NCBI GenBank assembly: GCA_965285935.1
Contig: OZ260664.1
Location: 52,142,001-52,206,000, forward strand
DNA: 64,000 nucleotides
Direction of reading: 5' to 3'
Origin: Ophelia neglecta
Lineage: Eukaryota
Below, one piece after another: positions 50,178 to 59,400 of this stretch. The notes below the pieces were generated by a model that did not search any database, was not told where the DNA came from, and was given only the letters and a program-made list of their open reading frames with translations. Every line of letters starts with the position of its first letter. Position 1 is the first letter of the stretch. The position numbers and the translations under genes are program-made.

Positions 50178-50410
50178 ATGGACGAATTGATACACACCTC
50201 AATCAGCAGTGGACCGAATACATCAGTTTTAACTACAGTTCAAACAGAACCAGCAAAGAAGAATGTGGTCCATTGGTTCCGAAAAGGTCTGAGACTGCAC
50301 GATAACCCTGCCCTGCTGGAGGTATTGAAGGGGGCCGATACATGGAGGTGTATTTATATTCTAGATCCCTGGTTTGCTGGACACTCACAGGCAGGAATCA
50401 ACAAATGGAG
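50178..50410 (+). CDS. cry2: cry exon 1
   Basis: MDELIHT...[20 protein letters not shown]...[17 protein letters not shown]; phase 2 donor. Confidence 0.92.
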
Positions 50411-53400
50411 GTACCTATCATGTGCTAAGACCTATAATAAGCCCCCTTTAATTATGCGATCTCTCCCAGTTGGCTGTTTCTAACCCCATATCACTGTTAT
50501 TTGCTCTCACATGTCGCTCACCCAGTCACATGTTATACATGTGTATTTATGTATGCCTACATTATTATTATTATTATTATACATGTACTTATACAGCGCT
50601 TATACAAAGCTCTAAGCGCTTTACATTTAAGCATGACCAATTTACAGTTACATTAACATGATTAAATAAAAGTAAGTCCATGGTATAAAATTTCATGCTA
50701 AAAATATTAAAATTTACGTATAATGTGTAAAATATAATCTAGTTATTTAAAATGCAAATTGTTTCAATTGTATTCTTTGATAAAAAGATGGGTTTTCAGG
50801 CTTCTTTTAAAAGACATCACAGTTTTTGCATGTTTTAAACCATTCGGGAGTTCATTCCAAAAGTGAGGTGCAGCATACATGAAACATCGCTGACGGTATG
50901 TTTCAGTTCTCATGCGAGGAACGGTGAGCAGTGACCTGGTGCTTGACCTTAACAGACGAGGTGGTTGGTATATCTGTAGAAGGTCGGTGATGTATTGAGG
51001 GGCAAGTCCATTGAGCGCTTTGTATGTCATCAAGAGAACTTTGTATTCTATTCTCCTGTTGACAGGTAGCCAGTGAAGTTGTTTTAGCACTGGTGTAATG
51101 TGCTGCTGCCGCGGCGTGAATGTAATGAGACGCGCAGCAAAGTTCATCACGCTTTGGAGCTGCTGGAGGAGACACTTTGACAAGCCGACCAACAAAATAT
51201 TGCCATAGTCCAGCCGGGAAATCACCAACGCTTGAACAAGTGTCTTACACACATCCTCCGACATGAAACGCCTAATCCGGCTTATCCTCCGAAGCTGCCA
51301 GAAGCAGGATTTAACCTTAGCCTGTACTTCCAGCTCCATGCTGAGCGAGCGATCCCATACGCAGCCTAAATTTTTGACCGATGTGGCCGGCTTGATCTCG
51401 CAGCCTCCTAGAGAGAAAGTCAAGCCTTCGGGAACACATTTGTTTTGTTTAGGGGAGAAGAACATTATTTCAGTCTTGTCCTGGTTCAGTTTAAGCATGT
51501 TGACTTCCATCCATGCCTGTATTTCAGCAACACACTGCTCAATCTCATTAACACTCTTCAAAACCTCCGACCTGGATTTTAGGACAAGGTAGATTTGGGT
51601 ATCATCTGCATAACTATGGTAGTTCATGTTGTGGTCTTTGATGATAGCACCAACAGGTTTGCAGTAAAGGGTGTACAGCTTGGGACCGAGCACTGATCCC
51701 TGGGGTACTGCAAAACAAAAGCTTTTCTCCCTAGATTCTGTTCCATTGATAGTCACACACTGGTTGCGCTTCTCAAGGTAGGATGCTATCCATGATAAAG
51801 CAGCACCCCGAATGCCATACATGTTATCTAGCCTCTGTAACATTATTTTATGGTCCAGAGTGTCAAAAGCAGCAGATAAATCCAACATGATTAGCACTGC
51901 TACTGACCCTTGGTCAAGGGCCGAGGCTATGTCTGCCTGCACCCTAAGAAGAGCAGTCTCTGTGGAGTGGCCACTCCTGTATGCTGACTGCAAGTTGTCA
52001 GCCAGTGAGTTACTAGTGATGTGGTGATCTATGCGCTTCGCCACGACTTTCTCCAGTATTTTGGAGATGAAAGGCATATTGGACACTGGCCTGTAGTTTT
52101 TAAGTAGCTCCTTGTCCATTCCAGACTTCTTAAGGAGGGGGCGCACTATAGCTCTTTTGAAAGAAGCTGGGACATGACTCGATGACAAAGATCTATTTAT
52201 TATTTCGGTGATCATTGGAGCAAGCTCTCCTACACAGTCCTTCACTATCCAAGTGGGTATAGGGTCTGCCTCACATGCTTTATTTGGTGATTTTATAATT
52301 AGTTTTTGTATTTCCTCTGGTGTTGCTGGGTCCAAGCAAACCAGAGGCAAGCCATCAAAAACAGTTTCATATTCAGATGGCAAAAAATTTCTCTGGGAGT
52401 TTGAGTGACCAAGTTTATTTCTGATAGTGACAATCTTGGTCAAAAAGAAATCACTAAATCTTTCTGCAAGGTGTTCCGATGAGCTATGACTAGGCAATAT
52501 AATGTCACCCTTGTCACCCGCCAGCTCTCTTGTCACCTTAAAAAGTTCCTTGCTGTTGCCAGAGGCCTGATCCACCTTGTCACGCAGATAGTCCTGCTTG
52601 GCCCTGTCTAAGAGGTAGTTGGCTTTTGCACTTATGTCACTGAAAATCTGAGCATGCACCTGCAGGCCAGACTTTCTCCAAGCTCTTTCAGCCCTCCTGC
52701 GTTCACGCTTAGTTTCACGCAAGTCGTCGGTGTACCATGGGCTATGAGGCCTGACTGTGAAAGTTTTCGCAATGACTGGGGCATGCCTATCCAAAATACA
52801 TTGCAGCCCAGAGTTGTAGTGTTCCGTCAAATCATCCACTGAAATACCAGCTGGTTGCAGTTTTTCACACCCTACTATGTCCTGCTTGAAATCGCTAATT
52901 GACAGAGATTTCAGCTTCCGAAAAGACACACTTTTTTTTGCTGCTCTTGGCTTTTCAATATTCAAGTTAACAAAAACAGCAAAATGGTCCAGTAGTGTGG
53001 TACCATTGTCCGTCCCTATGCATGTTTTCTGCACAACTGGTTCAGCCTCCAAAATGTGACTATCTTCACGAGTGATTACCACATCAAGCACGTGCCCTTT
53101 GATGTGTGTGGCCTTACTGACATGTTGGACCAAATTGTGGGAGTCCAGTAGCGACAGCAGTCTTCTACATGCAAGTTTATATAAGCTATGTATAAGACCT
53201 CATTGTCAAGGTCGACACGCTAAAGATGTAACGGTACAGTACTCAATCATCATTTGTTCGCTTACATAACATAAACAATTGAACATGTGTATTGAGACTG
53301 GTAAATGTATCACCTCTCTTTTTTGAGGTGGTTTGTGTAGACAGGTTATTTGTTATTTAATGTGTTTTGCTGCAATTTATGGTCTATGTGATGTACTTTT

Positions 53401-56400
53401 TGTACTTTTAAACATCTCTTTATGTCTTTAGATTAATGGTCTGAAATGACAGGTGGTCTGATTATAGGGGTGGAATTTAAGGCAGAGTCAATATATAGAT
53501 ATATTATATACATATCATATGAATCCAGAAATAATTAAAACATCATTCGAAATACATCTAGTCACTTAATCAAGACAATATATGATTGAATCAATGAACA
53601 TGCTTCCAGATGGCTACCACAAAGAAAATATTCAATACAAACTTAGATTTACAGTCAGGTAGGAGGTCTGGGAAAAATGATTAAAAAGTACATCCCAACA
53701 CAGATTTCTTTCTAGAACTGTGCTCAATTAAATTACTGAATTCATGAGTAGATTTTTTAAAAAGAAACATAGAAACACTTAATGTTCATTATAGCATAAA
53801 GACAAAATACTGGGTATTATTGTTGGTTAGAATATGCCAGTATTAAAATATCTTAACACTGAAACTGCATAAAGCGTATATTGAATTTCAGATATATTAA
53901 TTATTCTCTTTAAATGTTACAATTTTTAGGTTTGTGGTCTTGATTTTATATTTCTGTCCTAGCACAGAAGCACAAGGAAAAAACCACAAGAGCTAACAGA
54001 TCCACTTTAAAACACATTGAAACACGCACTATGAAGCATAATGACTGTAATTGAAACTCACTGAAAGACCACCATACCTGATGAAACACACTGAAACAAG
54101 TACAACAGAGAAAAGATTTACATTGAAACACATTAAAACAACCACAAGCATGTTTACAAGTTGAAACACACAGAAAGAACTACAAAAGGTAAAGAGACAT
54201 ATTGAAACTTGCTGAAACAACCAAAATTTGAAAGGTCCACATTAAAATACACTTAATAAACCACAAGGGAAAAACATACATAGAACCACACAATGGAACA
54301 ACCTCTCTCTACAAGTCAACCCCAGGCCTAGCCTAGATAACCCACCATGGGCCTATCTGCCCATTATGCACTTCCGTGGCCTGAACAACCTACTTGAAAA
54401 TAATGCCATAGAAGAGATCCATAGTTTGATATACACATATTTTTAATAAAAAAAACTGGCCAAAATACCTTTGTTTTAAGAAATTCATCAGTGATGCATT
54501 AAAGGTGGGGCGAGACAAAGATGGGTTCTATTACACTCCTGCCTTTTATTATTACACACCTGTTGATTAATATTACACATCTGTCTAACAGTGTCTAACC
54601 ATTACATACCTGTCTGATAGTGTCTAATACTATTACGCACCTGTCTATAAAAATTACACTCATGTCTATTACTATAAAACATATGTCTATTACTATAACA
54701 CACTTTTACTATTACAATAACTTTGAATGACATCAAAGTATGTCCACACAGAAATATTCATCTTGCAGTTGAGAAAACTTCAGTACACTGATTAAGAATC
54801 TCAGTATTCTTGGAATATATACATATTTGTGGCTTATAAGCAAGCCAATCAGGATAATCCTTACCATCTTTAAGTGACTTTAACTGCAAACAGGGAGACA
54901 GGGGCAGGTAGTTAGTGACTCCTCAAGGGGCTTGGACACCTCAAGGGGCTTGGACACCTCAAGGGGCTTGGACACCTCAAGGTGGCAAGTAATCAACCCT
55001 TTAATAGACTAGCTGGCTACAGAGGTGATAGTAACAACCAATTAGTCCACATGATTGTTTAAGTTAGTCAGGCTCAGGTAGGCATTCAATTACTTATCAT
55101 GATGAGTCTTTAGTCTGGTGCTACTGTGTAAAATCTAATGATAGCTTTTGTTATAAATTGTAATTATTACTTCAAAGGCTAGGTTTTACAACTCACAAAA
55201 AACCAACTGTCATATCTACAACAGCACTGCTAAACACGAAGCGATTTCTTCCATTTTTTTGAGACTAAGCATCAGGTGAGCTTGTCAGTCTGCTTTGCCC
55301 ACCAATGTATTGAAAAGTGAATTGCACTTGCACGTTGATGTGGCTGCATATGTCATAGTAGATTTGGACTTTTGGGGCTTAATAGTAGATGTAAATAACA
55401 AAACTTTAAACTTTCATGAAAGCATAAAAAGTGTTTGGCATTTATTTAGGCCTAATTACTGTTTGATTTGAACAAAAAGCTGTGAATAAGGTATCATATG
55501 AATAGGACATTTATGATTTGCAAGTAATAAACAATAAAAAAATGTACATCTGATAAATAGTATTGACCCGCCGCAATCCCACACTACCTTAAGGCATGTC
55601 AGAAGTATAATAATTGTATATAGTCAGAAGTACAATTCATGTACACTGTACATGTATATACACTCATATCTACAAACAGTGTATTCCTCATTCTGAGCAA
55701 CAACACCAAAAGGTGTCTCATTTGACACATTTAAAAGATTAATTCCTCATCCAAATTTGTTCAGTCCTCAAATAGTTTTAAGGCCATCATTTTGAAGTTA
55801 ATTGAGTCATGGGTCTTGCTTAAGTGCAAAAGTGTGGAAAACTGCCAGTCAAAGTGCTCAAGGGGGGGGGGGGGGTAATTGAACCACTGACAGCACTTGT
55901 CCAGGAAATATGCAGCCTAATTTTACATTTATATCATTATTATTAGTTAGCCCTATATTAATGTTAGCAATGGTAATTTCAGATTTCTAATCCAGTCTTT
56001 GGAAGATCTCGATGCCAGTCTTCAGAAGCTCAACTCGAGACTGTTTGTGATGAGAGGACAGCCAACAGATGTACTTCCTAAATTATTTAGGGTAAGCTAA
56101 GTTAACATAATGTAGTCATTCAGGTCTGCCCCTTGAATGCTCCTTGCCCTATCATGATAAAATTCTTTTCTTCATGTATGTACATGTAGATGACCATAAC
56201 TGGCTGATTGTCACTGCATGCACCATGTGATATGTTTTCAGATGTGGGATATCTCCCACCTGTCCTTTGAAGAAGATCCGGAACCGTTTGGCAGAGAACG
56301 AGATATTGCTATTTCATCTTTGGCTAAAGAGGCCAAAGTACAAGTCATAGTTAGAACATCACACACTTTATATAATCTACAAAAGTAAGAAACTTTCTTT

Positions 56401-59400
56401 GAATACCAAAATGTATGTAGAGAATGCAAACCTGGTAGTAGAGACATTCTAACTATTTGTCATTAATTTGAATGCAATTTATTATCATATGGATGCAAAC
56501 TATTAGCAAATAATAATTAAGAGGTGCCAGCAAATGGCAGTGCCTTTGTCAGTTCAATGACATTATATTATCTTGCTCTGTGATGTCATCCTAATTAACT
56601 GTGTTTATTGAATCCAATGTGAATCTAATTAACACAGTCTTTCATCATATATTATGCATATCATTAATAAATATAACTTTTAATGTTGGTCACAGAATTC
56701 TTGAAAAAAATGGTGGACGTACCATTCTGACATACAAGAAATTCCAACATGTTGTGTCTCGCATGGAGCCACCTGAGACACCTCATGAAAGTGTTACCAT
56801 AGAAACCATAGGTGAAATGATCACCCCAATAGGTTTAGATCATGATGACCACTTCGCGGTGCCTTCGTTACAAGAATTAGGTGAATGTTCTTACTGTGTG
56901 TTTATAGCCTAGTATTTTACCCCCATGAAATTTTTTTGTAGCCCGTATATTATCCCTTATGATATATGCAATATTATTGTAGCCTAGTATAATTATGATC
57001 TCTCTTTTTAATGCAGGCTTTGATACAGAATGTCTTAGTCCTACAGTCTGGAAAGGAGGTGAAACTGAAGCTCTGGTACGCCTAGACAGACATTTAGAAA
57101 GAAAAGTGAGTGGGACTCGGCAGTGTGTGAATTTAGATGTATTCCGGAAATATCAGTTTATTTTATAAATGCCATTTTTGCCTTTTACCAAGTCTATAGT
57201 GTATTTTAGGCGTGGGTGGCAAGTTTTGAGAAACCCAAGATGACCCCTCAGTCGCTGATGGCCAGCCCTGCAGGGCTGAGCCCATACCTCCGCTTTGGGT
57301 GTCTCTCTCCGCGACTGTTCTACTGGAGACTCTGGCATCTTCATCGCAAGGTAATGAAAACATCTTTTACTTTAAATTAATAGGAAAGTAAGTACTAGTA
57401 CAGGGAAAGGAAAGTAGGCGGAGGCAAGCAAGGTTATGTACACCACCAGGTACTTTTTATATACTTTATATACTTGAGTAGAAAGTATTCTCTAAAAATA
57501 TTTGGGTACATAAACATAGCCTTTTATCAAATCCACCAAATCAGTCATTAAGGCTGTAGTACCTGTATGTCACTACTAATGAAGCATTAGCAGGTGCCAG
57601 TTATGACATCCTTGTCTTGCTGACACATTGTTGTGCAATTTCCTTGCAAGTGGCAACAAGATTATTAGCACCATTAGCAGTTAATAGGCTGCTGCCCACA
57701 AAGGTCAGAATCACATTACATCATCTATTCTATGTAGCCTATAGCATTAAAGGTGGTAATAGAGAAATTCTATATGTTTCATAAATAACAAGTTTACTAA
57801 TTTACTATAGATAAATATACTTGTTGTTCAACCCAGAAGTAGACTAGATAATTTGCTTCACACTGTTGTTAGGTAATAGCGCAAAGTGCTGCCATCTGGA
57901 TGAACCCATCCATGCCATCCCTTCCTGCAAATTTAGTAATCAAGTAATCTGTGGTAGTGTAATCCAGTGAATGTAAAGTTGAAACCAATAATGGTGGTTT
58001 AGTAATGTACAAAAATCTGTCAAAGCTGTGTCGCTATCTATTACTTTAAACAATTTGACAATAAAACAATGAAACATTACACATTTCCTGACAGAGTGCC
58101 AGAATCAGCTTTGTATTGTGCTTGCTGCTGGACCGTCTAGTCTATGATGATTTCATTATTTTAATTTAGAGTGGTTTTGTCACAGATGCTGGTAGGGAGG
58201 TTTTGACAGTCCCTTGGTCAGTCTGAGTGGCAGTAGACTATGAAACTTTGCTCAGATGATGTCCATTTTTAACCAGCAGTCTTTATTAAAGTTCAAAGGC
58301 CGTGTTCCATCCAGCTAATAGTTTTCTGCTATCATATGCAGTATGAATAAAATTCCTTCAAAATGGCCTCCAACTTCTAATTGTGTACATGTACATGATA
58401 TGCATCATTAATGGAATGCTGAATTTGCTATTAAAGAGACAAAACATGTTTGCCACAAATGGCCCAATTCTGATTGACCTACAACAGTGTACCACAATGT
58501 TAGTAGGTCCCTGTTAAGTTTGTTGTACTATCTGTAGGTTAAGAAGAGGAATGACTGCCCCTTATCCCTCCACGGCCAGCTCTATTGGAGAGAGTTTTTC
58601 TACACAGCAGCCACTAACAACCCTAACTTTGACCAGATGAGAGGAAACCCTATATGTGTGCAGATCCCCTGGGACAGGAACCCAGAGGCCCTTGCGAAAT
58701 GGGCCGAGGTCAGTCACTGATGCTCTCCTCTATTGTAGAAACCATTAGTCAGCTTTATCTTCATCAATCTTATGTATAATGACACAGATATCATAACATA
58801 CAGGTGCTGGATCGAAATGACCCCAAATCAAAACATGATTAAAAAAAAAAAATAATGTGCAAATGAGATATTCTAAATTAGTTTTTAATATAACCATCAA
58901 AAATTGGATGTTTGTTGGATTGGCTAGGACTTAAACCCTCGACCCTTGTCGTATCACCACCTATCCCAGGGACACCAGCCACCCATTGTGCTACATCCCC
59001 AACTCCACATCCAAAAATTAGTTTTCCTTAAATGTTAGGATGGTTTCAAGTTAAGAGCATCCTAACTGTTGTACTCAAGTAATGTCAGTAGTATGTAAGA
59101 CCATGTTTTTCAAGTCATAGAGTTTTTTATATTTTGTTGTATGTGCCATCAGGGTAAGACTGGATTTCCTTGGTTGGATGCCATTATGACCCAGTTACAC
59201 CAGGAGGGGTGGATCCATCATCTGGCTCGTCACGCTGTGGCCTGCTTCCTCACACGTGGAGACCTCTGGATCTCCTGGGAGGACGGCATGAAGGTCAGCT
59301 GACACATCTCATAACAACAAACTGTGATTTGTGCATACTTGTATCTTAAATTGTTATACACTGCTTGAGTGTACCAAAAATATAATACAAAATCTGATTA

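Noticed and set aside
50764-53133. Autonomous or domesticated RT gene, or a retron/DGR-like system
   Set aside because: Ordinary CR1/L2 ORF2 with a LINE 3' tail, truncated within the endonuclease, with no ORF1 and no ATG; no template/variable repeat pair or associated ncRNA seen.
59150-59160. Recursive splice site at the start of cry exon 8 (cag|GGTAAGAC)
   Set aside because: The GTAAG is offset by one base from the acceptor and simply encodes the conserved Gly-Lys-Thr; the intron is short.
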